NCBI GenBank assembly: GCA_020348985.1
Contig: CP070761.1
Span: forward strand, 562,934 to 587,697
DNA from: Candidatus Thorarchaeota archaeon
GTDB taxonomy: Archaea > Asgardarchaeota > Thorarchaeia > Thorarchaeales > Thorarchaeaceae
Direction of reading: 5' to 3'
Length of the DNA stretch: 24,764 nucleotides
Both the position numbers and the translations under genes were made by a program. Below are positions 1-8,943 of the stretch, one piece after another (positions within the stretch are counted from its first letter, which is position 1; every line of letters starts with the position of its first letter). The notes under the pieces were generated by a model. The model had not been told where the DNA came from. It saw only the letters and a list, made by a program, of their open reading frames with translations, and did not search any database.

Positions 1-112
1 GGTTCGTATAGGCATCCAAATACACAGCAGAGCTCGCCTCTCTTGGCGCGCTAATCAATAGCAGAAAGAGGATAAGACAGGACAGAATCAAGGGTTTCTT
101 CGGAGCAATCAT
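1..112 (-). CDS. 5' end of a gene running off the window; N-terminal signal peptide or membrane anchor (secreted/surface protein)
   Basis: Manual translation from ATG at 112 gives MIAPKKPLILSCLILFLLLISAPREASSAVYLDAYTN, open to the window edge. It has a basic n-region, a hydrophobic h-region and an ASSA-like cleavage region. A GGTG-type SD lies upstream and a TTTATAG TATA-like element at ~163-169 (minus strand). Confidence 0.7.
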   Translation of the reverse strand, partial: MIAPKKPLILSCLILFLLLISAPREASSAVYLDAYTN

Positions 113-205
113 GTAGTCCCACACCACCACAGTTGTTTCGATTGCCATCCGTGGATTTGAAACTATAAAGGGGCCACTTCAGCGCAATGCGGGATTGTGC
201 ATACT

Positions 206-916
206 TCAATTCTTTACTCCAATGAAAAGACCTTCCTTAGAAAGGCCCGGCTCGACAAACTCGGAAGACAGCCCGCTGTCTTCCATGATCTCGATGAACC
301 TGTTTCTTGGAAAGACTCCCATAGGGCTTGGGTCCACAAAATGCTCTACTCCATCCCTGGTTGCCACGAGAAAGTGGAAGTTAAGATATGCCGTATCTTC
401 TTCTACTCTGGTTGAGTTTACACGGGCTATCTTGATGTCCGGAAGATCCACGCTGCTCAATCCCATTGATGTCTTCTTCACAGTTTCCTTGGTGAATATT
501 GGTTCAAGAATCAATACACCGCCTGAAGTCAAGTGTTTGGCAAAGGAGCGAATAGCTCTGGTCAACTCCCCTAGAGTCGCAAGGTATCCGATTGAACCGA
601 ACAGGCAAGTAATGACGTCAAACTCTGAGGTCAGCTCCATATCAACCATACTGGCGTGCAAGAGTGGAATATCTTCCAGCTTCTTCCTTGCAACGGCTAG
701 CATTTCTTTGCTAGCATCCAATCCAGTCACTTCGTAGTTCTCTCTGAGAAAGATGAGATGACCTCCAGTCCCACAAGCAACGTCTAACAACCTGTTTCCG
801 TTGGACTTCTTGAACTGCTGTATGACCTCATGGAGCTTTTCAGACTCGGATTTGTAGTCCTTGAAGGAGTACATCTGATCGTAGTAACTAGCCAGCCTTG
901 TATAGAAATCCGTCAT
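206..916 (-). CDS. Class I SAM-dependent methyltransferase
   Basis: Motif I LLDVACGTG, followed by VTGLDAS, FDVITCLFGSIGY and HLTSGGVLIL. N-terminal YYDQMYSFKDY is typical of TylM1/DesVI-like methyltransferases. Confidence 0.92.
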   Translation of the reverse strand: MTDFYTRLASYYDQMYSFKDYKSESEKLHEVIQQFKKSNGNRLLDVACGTGGHLIFLRENYEVTGLDASKEMLAVARKKLEDIPLLHASMVDMELTSEFDVITCLFGSIGYLATLGELTRAIRSFAKHLTSGGVLILEPIFTKETVKKTSMGLSSVDLPDIKIARVNSTRVEEDTAYLNFHFLVATRDGVEHFVDPSPMGVFPRNRFIEIMEDSGLSSEFVEPGLSKEGLFIGVKN

Positions 917-1001
917 ACCTGGTAAGTCAAAGACATGTCAAAGATAAACCGTGCGGCTCAAAGGACTGTGGAGTCATGAATTCTAGGAAGCCATACCAGC
1001 T

Positions 1002-3323
1002 TCAGATCCAATCTGCGGTCTCGAGTTTTGTTGGGAGGTATTCATCAGTTAGATACTCAAAGGAATGAGCCGCGAATGACTGAATCTCTGCCTTCTCTTT
1101 GAGTTTGAGCATAAGTCCTAGGTCCTTAACCCATTCCTTATTGACCTGCACGAAGGGCTCCTTCAGCATGTCCTTGACTCGCTTCGTGTCAGTTGGTGTC
1201 ATAGGAATTCGGACGGCCTTGGGGATGTTGTACTCATCAAGATCACGACTGAGAACCCCCAGCAACTTAAGCTCGGGAGTTGCGATGAATGGTGACTCAT
1301 AGCTTAGTCTCTTACTTCCACGCAAGAAGACAGAATAGATGTAGTGTCCGTACGGATCGCTGTCAACCAGAGCAAATGCTGGGATTTCGAGCTCTTTGAC
1401 TAACGTCTTGAGAAACGCTCTTGTAGCAATGTCACCAGATCCTTTACCCGTCAACACGATACAGGGCTGCCGATTCCAGAACTTGGCCTCTGCGAGTCTC
1501 ATGACTGCAGCATCCTTTTCTGACAGTATGATATATTCAGCATCACTCTCAAGAATCTCAACTTGATCAAGAAACGGGGTAATGGCCCATCCTCCAGTTC
1601 CCATCCTAGTGAGGTCAATCCTGTCGCCGCCATCCTGGATAACTACTCGCCCCATTGCTGAGCCTCGTGCAGATGCTACAACGTGAATGCTGTCACGAGT
1701 TGTCTGAATCATTGATGCCAGGTCTTCAATGATCTTGTCGGAGTACTTCTGGTCACGAAACAGATTGACATCACTGTAGAAGACCTCTCGTTTCGTGGCA
1801 TGTAGATTCGATTTGAGTAGCTTGTATACAATTTCCATGACCCTTGCTGTGCGAGTAGCATCTACAACAGATGCCAGTGAGTGATACGGACGCGAGATTG
1901 TCCGCATGCCTAACAGCAGGAGGTCCCTGATCTCATCCCACACAATATTGTCAGCTGATCTACTCGGTATTTCGAATACTGGTCTACCAGACATCATGGT
2001 CTCGTGGAGAATCTCCATTGCGATTTCCACAAGCTTCTCGCTTGTTTCATCGGCGGTCAATGCCACGACTTCAACTGTGTCTTGGATTGGCGCCTCTGGA
2101 TCGGGAATTGCGGCTTTCTTCTCAGCTTCTTTCCATTTCTTTTTCATTTCCTTTGTGACTTTCTTGACAGACTCTGGAACCGGGAGCCCAGACCTCCCTC
2201 GCTTGATTTTCAGTCTCTTTCGTCCAACTCTTCTGGCTGGAATCTCCTCTTCTGGAGCTGGCATTGGTTCGACTTCGGGCTTGACGACTTCTACCTTCTT
2301 CTTGGGTTTCTTTGCTTTGGTTGGTTTGGGCTTGGCCTCGGCAGGCTTCTCTTCCGGTGGTGGTGCCTTCTTTTCAGAAACGACCTCTGGAGCTGATTCT
2401 CCAATAATGCTTTCGAGTTGCCGTCTCTGTATCAAATCTTTCGCAGCATAAACAACTTCAGATGCACGATCAATGCTGAGACCTCCAACAGCACTCGATA
2501 CTCTTCTCGGATCAGCTCTGGAAAGCCTAGCCACAGTATCGTAGCCTGATGATTCGAGCTTGATTGCAAGCTTCGAACCAACTCCAGGCACATCGGCTAG
2601 AGCAAACGCATGAGATGGCGGTGCTTCAGCTTCATCTTCGGGAGCATGCTCCGGTTTCTCTTTGGATTTCACAAGTCTTTTGGCTGCTGTTACTAGATTC
2701 TTTGCTCCGTCTTGGCTGACTCCGTCCACTTTCTTCGCGACAGATGCGTAGCGCGCTTTAGAGAGTTTCCAGACCGAAACGTATCCAGCTTTCTTGAGTT
2801 TTTCCTCCAGCTTTGGACCAACACTCGGAAGATCTCTGAGTGACACATCGAGGTCGGGCTCAACCGGTACCTCTTTCACGACTCTCTTCACAGCATCTGT
2901 CGTTTCAGGAGCTAGTGTCTTCTTTGCCAACTTCTTCTTCGGAGCCTTCTTCTTTAGTTCAGGTTTCTTCTTGGCAGCTGGCTTTTTCTTTGTGGGTTCC
3001 TCTTCCGGAGCCACCTCTTTCTTTGGTTCAGGCTTGTCCTTTTCAGGTGTCTTCTTCTTAGCAGCCGGTTTCTTCTTGGGAGCCGCCTTCTTCGGTTCAG
3101 GTTTATCCTTTTCAGGTGTCTTCTTCTTAGCAGCCGGTTTCTTCTTGGGAGCCGCCTTCTTCGGAGCAGTCTTCTTCGAGGTCTCTGGCTTCTTTGCAGC
3201 GCTTTTCTTGACTTTCGGCGTTGCAATGGCTTTCTTGGTCTTCTTCTTGTCTCCACTGTTCAACATTGTGTCCAGACTTGCTTGGACGACTTCGGGCTTT
3301 TTCTTGCGTTTCTTTGAGCTCAT
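1002..3323 (-). CDS. top6A: DNA topoisomerase VI subunit A (Spo11 family) with long N-terminal Lys-rich and HhH extension
   Basis: The C-terminal ~350 aa contain the 5Y-CAP catalytic Tyr motif TKREVFYSD, Toprim SEKDA, LTGKG and DSDPYG. The start overlaps the top6B stop (ATGA). Confidence 0.96.
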   Translation of the reverse strand: MSSKKRKKKPEVVQASLDTMLNSGDKKKTKKAIATPKVKKSAAKKPETSKKTAPKKAAPKKKPAAKKKTPEKDKPEPKKAAPKKKPAAKKKTPEKDKPEPKKEVAPEEEPTKKKPAAKKKPELKKKAPKKKLAKKTLAPETTDAVKRVVKEVPVEPDLDVSLRDLPSVGPKLEEKLKKAGYVSVWKLSKARYASVAKKVDGVSQDGAKNLVTAAKRLVKSKEKPEHAPEDEAEAPPSHAFALADVPGVGSKLAIKLESSGYDTVARLSRADPRRVSSAVGGLSIDRASEVVYAAKDLIQRRQLESIIGESAPEVVSEKKAPPPEEKPAEAKPKPTKAKKPKKKVEVVKPEVEPMPAPEEEIPARRVGRKRLKIKRGRSGLPVPESVKKVTKEMKKKWKEAEKKAAIPDPEAPIQDTVEVVALTADETSEKLVEIAMEILHETMMSGRPVFEIPSRSADNIVWDEIRDLLLLGMRTISRPYHSLASVVDATRTARVMEIVYKLLKSNLHATKREVFYSDVNLFRDQKYSDKIIEDLASMIQTTRDSIHVVASARGSAMGRVVIQDGGDRIDLTRMGTGGWAITPFLDQVEILESDAEYIILSEKDAAVMRLAEAKFWNRQPCIVLTGKGSGDIATRAFLKTLVKELEIPAFALVDSDPYGHYIYSVFLRGSKRLSYESPFIATPELKLLGVLSRDLDEYNIPKAVRIPMTPTDTKRVKDMLKEPFVQVNKEWVKDLGLMLKLKEKAEIQSFAAHSFEYLTDEYLPTKLETADWI
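3025..3162. repeat. Near-perfect 69-bp in-frame tandem duplication within top6A (KKAAPKKKPAAKKKTPEKDKPEP x2)
   Basis: The unit ggttcagg...gagccgccttcttc begins at 3025 and again at 3094. The copies differ only at a couple of synonymous positions. Confidence 0.93.
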
Positions 3324-5365
3324 TCAGATTCCACCTCGAGCACATCTTCGCCATCTTCTTCTCCCATGCCTAGTGGTACATCGGCCACAAGATCTGTTCC
3401 TCTTGTATCGGTTTCTGTCTCTTCTAAGTCCGTGAGAGTCTCGAATCCAGTAATTGCATCTCTAATCTTTCCGGCAACAATCTCACTGTCGAAATCACAG
3501 CTTGGATCTCCATCGTTTGCGATGCTAACCAAACTCTCAGCAAACTGGTCTGCGTACATAGCCAAAATGCCTGCTCGTTTTGCTTTTCGTCGGGCGGTCT
3601 CTCGACGAGTAATGAATCGCCTGAACTTTCTCCCTGCGTCCTCAAGGGCGAGTTTTATCTCTCTGAGCATGACTTCGTCTTCCGCCAGCGCTTGCTTACT
3701 CTGCCCCTTGAACATAACGTGAACATAAGCCCCTGCCACATGTATGAAGACCATTATCGGTCCTCTTGGTATTCCGTTGTCAAATGTGGCCACCTTGTAG
3801 TTCTTCCAGTTCACGGAAGCCGTGGCCTTCCAAGTGGCACAATCGCTGTTGTCTCGCAGCTTGGGAACACGATTGACAAAACGCCAAAGAACCATCGGTG
3901 CAGACGTGGCATTCTTTATTTCACCACCATACGCTATACAGGCTTCTACTGCGAAAGAAAGCCCCTTACCAGAGGTCGGCTTTCGAGTGACAGCCGTGAC
4001 GAAGTCAGGATTATACGCCATCTGAATTGTTTGTTCAAATATCTCTTCACCGACGGGGACAACAGTGTCTGTCGGAGGCGCAATGTAATCTTGATTGGAA
4101 AAGATCTTGTACAGATACTCTACCTCAGTCTTTGACAACCCGTCAGTCGGAGTCCTAGCGGACAGAACGTCTAGATGACGTCGCCTTAGCTCCTTGTTTG
4201 TGTCTGATACTATGGTCCTAGCTTTGTTGGGACTCAATCTACAGAAAGCTCGAGTAAGAAATCCCATTAGGTCCCTTTCCCTGGTCTCACGCAACAGGTC
4301 CTGAAACTCACCTATTCGGATGCTGGCTGGATGCGGTTGCGCGTACTTCGGTTCATCAGGAAATGCCTTGACTCTCCGAGGATAGATGAAGACCTTGCCA
4401 TAGGGATCAATGAAGACTAGCGTGACATGAGAGTTCAGGAGTGAAGCCATCTCTGCGTAAGTGTCCGCGTAGCCCCTTCTGTATTGTATGTTGAGATAGT
4501 TGAGCTTGATGTATGTACCATTCTCAAAGGGAAGGTCCATGTCAATTGGTCCTCCCACGTATTCTTTCGTGTTCGCAGTGGTTGTGTAGAAGTCTGCTAC
4601 AGTTGTTACTTCAGAAGTGAATCTCTTGGAAACTGTGAAGATCGGTTTCCCTGTTGTATTCTGCGAATCACTGAATGCCGAGGGCGCTCCGAAGCCCTGG
4701 CTTCCTCGTGTCTGTCTAAGCCGCTCCGATTTGCTCGAGGCAAGGTAGATCCCGTACTTCTCAAGATCGGATGCGATCATTCCTACGCCATTGTCAAAAC
4801 ATGTGAATTCGTATACCTTGAATCCTTCCTCATCATCGATTGGAACAAGGTCCGGCATGAACACCTCTGTTATCTGAATGACAGCAAAAGGCTCTCTCTT
4901 CTTTATTAGGCTACGGAACGGAACTAGGAACTTCCTGAAAGTTGTAAGACGGTCTTCCAAACTTTCTCTCCGTCGAGCTGGTATCTCTACTTCCTTTCCT
5001 GCTCGTATGTCTCGCTCAAGTTGTTTGCTAATAGCAATAGAGTCCTCCAACGTGGGCTCAAGTTTCGATCTTATTTCATCCACTATTTCGGGTTCCAGAT
5101 TGTCCTTTAGACGAGGTCGCTTGCTTGTCTTCCACCACCATGACTCAAGTGCGTCAATAGCATTGTCGAGGAACTCGATTGCGTACTGAGTGTGTTTGTT
5201 CAGTCCGGTCTCAAACCCGACCAGCTGAGTTCTCTTTCGCATGAACTTCGCAATCGTTCCCTGTCTGATGTCGCCTGAGTCTCCTGCAGGTGGAAGTCCT
5301 GTTTGCTCTGACTTCTTATTCGACTTGCCCGACGTCTTCTTAGTTTTCTTTCCCGACGGACTCAA
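3320..5365 (-). CDS. top6B: DNA topoisomerase VI subunit B
   Basis: GHKL motifs EFLDNAIDA, FDNGVGM, QTRGSQGFG and NGTYI. Transducer RFVNRVP and FKGQSKQ. TTG start with an upstream GGAGTG SD, adjacent to top6A. Confidence 0.96.
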   Translation of the reverse strand: MSPSGKKTKKTSGKSNKKSEQTGLPPAGDSGDIRQGTIAKFMRKRTQLVGFETGLNKHTQYAIEFLDNAIDALESWWWKTSKRPRLKDNLEPEIVDEIRSKLEPTLEDSIAISKQLERDIRAGKEVEIPARRRESLEDRLTTFRKFLVPFRSLIKKREPFAVIQITEVFMPDLVPIDDEEGFKVYEFTCFDNGVGMIASDLEKYGIYLASSKSERLRQTRGSQGFGAPSAFSDSQNTTGKPIFTVSKRFTSEVTTVADFYTTTANTKEYVGGPIDMDLPFENGTYIKLNYLNIQYRRGYADTYAEMASLLNSHVTLVFIDPYGKVFIYPRRVKAFPDEPKYAQPHPASIRIGEFQDLLRETRERDLMGFLTRAFCRLSPNKARTIVSDTNKELRRRHLDVLSARTPTDGLSKTEVEYLYKIFSNQDYIAPPTDTVVPVGEEIFEQTIQMAYNPDFVTAVTRKPTSGKGLSFAVEACIAYGGEIKNATSAPMVLWRFVNRVPKLRDNSDCATWKATASVNWKNYKVATFDNGIPRGPIMVFIHVAGAYVHVMFKGQSKQALAEDEVMLREIKLALEDAGRKFRRFITRRETARRKAKRAGILAMYADQFAESLVSIANDGDPSCDFDSEIVAGKIRDAITGFETLTDLEETETDTRGTDLVADVPLGMGEEDGEDVLEVESE

Positions 5366-5693
5366 TTCTCAATTCACTCCGTTATTCTATTCCTATGAAA
5401 GCAAGCCTTGTCTCCAAGAACGGCCCAAATCGCCGTCTTCTCAACGCCTGTGATGTCTGGCGCTCCCAGATTATCACGGGAGATTCTATTCTCCTAATAT
5501 TGTTTCGGTCATATATACGCCTAGGGCGGTATTTCCTATCGCTGGAGCACTTTGGTTCATTTAATCGAATCTCCGATGGATTCACACAATTCACATGTGC
5601 TGAACTTGGTACACGTGTTCCAAGGAGCCAAGACGAATGCATGCAAATGGTGAGGTTTTTCCGTGATGAGTACAGCCAAAGACTCGCTGAGAA

Positions 5694-6452
5694 ATGGCGC
5701 GTAGGAACATTATCAGAGTTTTAGGAGTGCCAGGCATTCCATTGATTGACGAAGATTGTGATCTTGTCCAGGCTATTCTCTCAGCTATTTCAACTTCTGG
5801 GATTCAGCTGATTGATGGCGACATTCTAGTTTTGGCGCAGACAGTCATCTCAAAGTCTGAGGGGCGCGTTGTACACAAGGACTCTGTGGAGGTTTCACCT
5901 AGAGCCAAAGAAATTGCAGATGTGAACGGATTCGACCCAGTGCATGTCGAGCTTGCTTTGCGAGAATCAAGGAAAGTTCTGCGAACTGATGGTGTGCTCA
6001 TTACGGAGAACTTGAATGGACTTGTGTGCAATTTCAGTGGCGTTGATAGATCAAACGCTCCTGAGGGATACTTCGTTCTTCTTCCTGAAGATCCAGACAA
6101 TAGTGCCAGACGAATCCTAGAGGAGATGGAATCCAGAACCGGACTTGCGCTTGCAGTTGTCATAACCGACACCCAAGGCAGACCTTGGCGCAAAGGTTCC
6201 ATCAACATCGCAATTGGCTGTGCTGGAATCAACGCTTTCAAACACAATCGCGGACTTGAGGATCTCTATGGCCGAATCATGCAGAGATCAACCGTCTGTC
6301 AGGTAGATGAAATCGCTTCAGCCGTCGAACCAATCATGGGTCAGGGAGCGGAAGGAATACCACTTGTCATAATTAGAGGGTATGACTATGAAACAGGCCC
6401 AGAACGCGGAAGCGATATTCCGCGTCCTGAAGACGAAGACTTGTTTAGATGA
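5694..6452 (+). CDS. cofE: Coenzyme F420-0:L-glutamate ligase
   Basis: Motifs GIPLI..DL, DGDILVLAQTVISKSEGR, SGVDRSN, LLPEDPD, VITDTQGRPWRKG, DLYGR, DEIAS and EGIPLVIIRG. Confidence 0.95.
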   Translation: MARRNIIRVLGVPGIPLIDEDCDLVQAILSAISTSGIQLIDGDILVLAQTVISKSEGRVVHKDSVEVSPRAKEIADVNGFDPVHVELALRESRKVLRTDGVLITENLNGLVCNFSGVDRSNAPEGYFVLLPEDPDNSARRILEEMESRTGLALAVVITDTQGRPWRKGSINIAIGCAGINAFKHNRGLEDLYGRIMQRSTVCQVDEIASAVEPIMGQGAEGIPLVIIRGYDYETGPERGSDIPRPEDEDLFR

Positions 6453-6456
6453 TCTG

Positions 6457-7119
6457 CTAGTCGTTTCGATGGCCGCACTTTCCACAAAATCTATCGCCGG
6501 GATCCATGGGATTCCCACAGTTTGTACAGAAGCCGCCACCTGTTGCGGCAGGACCAACCGTCGGAGCTCCACCAGTGTCAATTGGGGCTCCACAATTGGG
6601 ACATGATGCCGCGTGGCCAGCTCTGGCGCCACAGTATGGACACTTGCCCTGCTCTCTCGCAGATGTTAGATTCGCAACTACAGACGGTATAACTTTCTTC
6701 TGCCTGAAACTGAACCTCATGTGTCCACCTGATTTTAGCTCTACTATGAGGTCGTTTCCAGTCTGCTGTGCATTTGATATAGCGAGGACAGGAATGGCGA
6801 TGCTCTCGGTGTTTCCGTCTTTGTCCTTGTTGTAGTAACTGTCTTGATTCCATGATGAGATAGCCACGCCGATTGCGGCATAGGCGAGTCCTCTGCTGAG
6901 TCCTCTGGCCAAAGCGTCACCGACACCACGACCGCGTCCAGCGCTAGCAAGAGCTGCTGCCCCAAGAATTGCCCCTCCAATCAACGCGCCCTTCTTGACG
7001 GCCCCCCAGCGTGAAGGTTTCTTCATCCAGACAATCCGGATGTCGGTAACTTCCAGTGAGCCATCCTCACCGTCGAACTTGACATCTTTCTCACGAATCA
7101 TCTTGGACTCATGACCCAT
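6457..7119 (-). CDS. Double zinc-ribbon protein with a putative PH-like N-terminal domain and a Gly/Ala-rich hydrophobic insert
   Basis: Four CxxC motifs (CPYC, CPNC, CTNC, CGKC). ATG at 7119 (MGHESK) is preferred over the upstream TTG at 7197. The PH-like call is pattern-based only. Confidence 0.8.
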   Translation of the reverse strand: MGHESKMIREKDVKFDGEDGSLEVTDIRIVWMKKPSRWGAVKKGALIGGAILGAAALASAGRGRGVGDALARGLSRGLAYAAIGVAISSWNQDSYYNKDKDGNTESIAIPVLAISNAQQTGNDLIVELKSGGHMRFSFRQKKVIPSVVANLTSAREQGKCPYCGARAGHAASCPNCGAPIDTGGAPTVGPAATGGGFCTNCGNPMDPGDRFCGKCGHRND

Positions 7120-7297
7120 TGTTGATAGTCCTGAGCCCGAAACTGAAACTGACAAGAATCCTGGTCTTTCTGACAAATAAGACACCTGAACCTCCAATCT
7201 CAGGATTTTGTATTAACTACATCGGTTGTATACTAATGTCAAGGATGTGACTTCGAGGTAGCAATCGAAGCGGAAAGGGCGGAAAGAAAAGGAGTGT

Positions 7298-7330
7298 GCG
7301 ACTCCCCGGAGCTTGGCCCCGGGAAGCCGC
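7298..7330 (-). terminator. GC-rich 15-bp stem-loop followed by a pyrimidine/U-rich tract, downstream of the MFS gene
   Basis: Minus strand reads GCGGCUUCCCGGGGC-CAA-GCUCCGGGGAGUCGC. All three non-Watson-Crick positions are G-U on this strand. It is followed by ACACUCCUUUUCUUUCC and lies about 30 nt after the MFS stop. Confidence 0.7.
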
Positions 7331-7362
7331 GTTGGAGATAGATAGTAACCTTCAATCTATGA

Positions 7363-8943
7363 TTAGTCTAAGTTCCCAACAAAGTCTGGGTCTCCCGAAA
7401 CATCCTGTGTATCCCACAGGTCACCTTGGGGTTTCAGTGTAGCGACAGTTTCCTCAACTAATGCAAGCTGAGGTGCCTCTTCAACTGGCTCACCCTCGGT
7501 GACCGTGGGTATTGCTTCGGAGATAGAAGACTTGTCTTGAGAATCGTCATGTGCTTTGGGGATGGGATAACTCAAACCTCGCCTTATCAGGAAGACTCCG
7601 CCAAGTGAAATTGCTGAGATGATTGCCAATGTGATTGGGAATCCTATGACTGAAAGTAACCATCCGAAGAAGGCAATCTGTGGCATTGCGAAGATTGTCA
7701 TTAGTGTTGGAGTGAGACTGTACATCGAGTTGCGAATTCGGTTGGGTATCACATCCAGCAAGAGTCGCTGAGTCAAGATCTCGGCCATTGCTCCGGTGAA
7801 TGAGGTCCCGATAAAGGCTGAAGTGAGGAGTAGAACCGGGAGCAGGTTCGCGGCGGGAATCTCTAGAAGCACAATATCTGTGAAAGGTAGGATTAAGCTG
7901 GCAACCGCCGACCCAGCCGCAGCGGGAGGCAAGAGCCACATGATGACTGCTATCAGCATGTAGAACAGTGAGCCGCCAAGCTGTAGGAATCTGAATCTGG
8001 GAATCCACTTCTTCGGCTCGAACCTTCTTGACCAGATGCCAGAGCGTTCCTGTGAAAACACCCCAGGAATGAATAGGATTGTCCGGTAGCTTGACACCGC
8101 AATGTCTGTCAACAAGTATGAGAAGTAGAGTGGGAACAAGATCAAGTTGCCCCAAACCATCGTACTGCTGAACATGACACAGCCGCCGATGATGACGTAG
8201 AAAACAAACTTGTCACTCACAAGGAAGCTGACGCCTGACTTGAGAAGATTGGTATACTCACTCATTGTGGGCCGCTTCTCTCTTGCCGCCTCAACTTCTG
8301 GGAAGTCCTTGACGAATCTGAGGACCGTGATTGCGATTAGAACAGATAGCAACGCCTGAACTTGGAAGACCCAGGGTCTACCCCAGACTGTAGCAAGTAT
8401 AGCACCTGGTATCAGAGAAAGGGTGGACACGATCTGGAAGAGCATTCCAACTCTCCCCATGAACACGCCATACTGCTTTCTGTTCTCATCGCCCGGCATG
8501 GCAATTCTGTAGTTGTTGTCGAACCATGCCATGAAAGACCCAGACATCTGTGAATTGCCGAGCCCCATGAATATGTAGATGACAATAAGGTAGGCAAACG
8601 GAGTTGCTGAGTTGACGAAGGAGACCATGAAGAATGCTACCGCAAATGATCCGAATGCGGCTGCAATGATGTATCTCTGCCCAATCCAGTCGCCGATTGC
8701 TCCAGTTGGATAATCCAGAATGACCTGTACGAGCATCTGGAAGACGACGAGTACGCCAACTATTCCCAGACCTTCAATGAATGATCCGTGCCCCACAGCC
8801 TCTGCAACAAATATCATGAAGAACGTGGTTGAGAGTGTAACAGTTGCAGACACAATGGGTAGGAGCATAGATAGTATTTTGGCCAAAGAGAGTGTCTTCT
8901 CATTGGCGTCAGTGAGACCGTAGAATGTCGCTGTTCTGCTCAT
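7363..8943 (-). CDS. MFS transporter with an acidic C-terminal tail
   Basis: About 12 hydrophobic segments, motif A-like DYPTGAIGDWIGQR and a C-terminal loop DVIPNRIRNSMYSL. ATG at 8943 (MSRTAT) is chosen; alternative starts are 8952 and 8958. Confidence 0.92.
   Translation of the reverse strand: MSRTATFYGLTDANEKTLSLAKILSMLLPIVSATVTLSTTFFMIFVAEAVGHGSFIEGLGIVGVLVVFQMLVQVILDYPTGAIGDWIGQRYIIAAAFGSFAVAFFMVSFVNSATPFAYLIVIYIFMGLGNSQMSGSFMAWFDNNYRIAMPGDENRKQYGVFMGRVGMLFQIVSTLSLIPGAILATVWGRPWVFQVQALLSVLIAITVLRFVKDFPEVEAAREKRPTMSEYTNLLKSGVSFLVSDKFVFYVIIGGCVMFSSTMVWGNLILFPLYFSYLLTDIAVSSYRTILFIPGVFSQERSGIWSRRFEPKKWIPRFRFLQLGGSLFYMLIAVIMWLLPPAAAGSAVASLILPFTDIVLLEIPAANLLPVLLLTSAFIGTSFTGAMAEILTQRLLLDVIPNRIRNSMYSLTPTLMTIFAMPQIAFFGWLLSVIGFPITLAIISAISLGGVFLIRRGLSYPIPKAHDDSQDKSSISEAIPTVTEGEPVEEAPQLALVEETVATLKPQGDLWDTQDVSGDPDFVGNLD

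Noticed and set aside
2794-3435. Long Phe/Gly/Ala-rich plus-strand ORF and Arg-rich alternative-frame ORF
   Set aside because: These are shadows of the Lys/Ala/Pro low-complexity region of top6A.
4895-5140. Intein in Top6B
   Set aside because: No N-terminal Cys/Ser block and no C-terminal His-Asn followed by Cys/Ser/Thr. It is also too short.
5382-5724. 86-aa and 109-aa ORFs in the top6B-cofE gap
   Set aside because: No recognisable motifs, they overlap the likely divergent promoter region (TATATA at ~5512), and one overlaps the cofE start.
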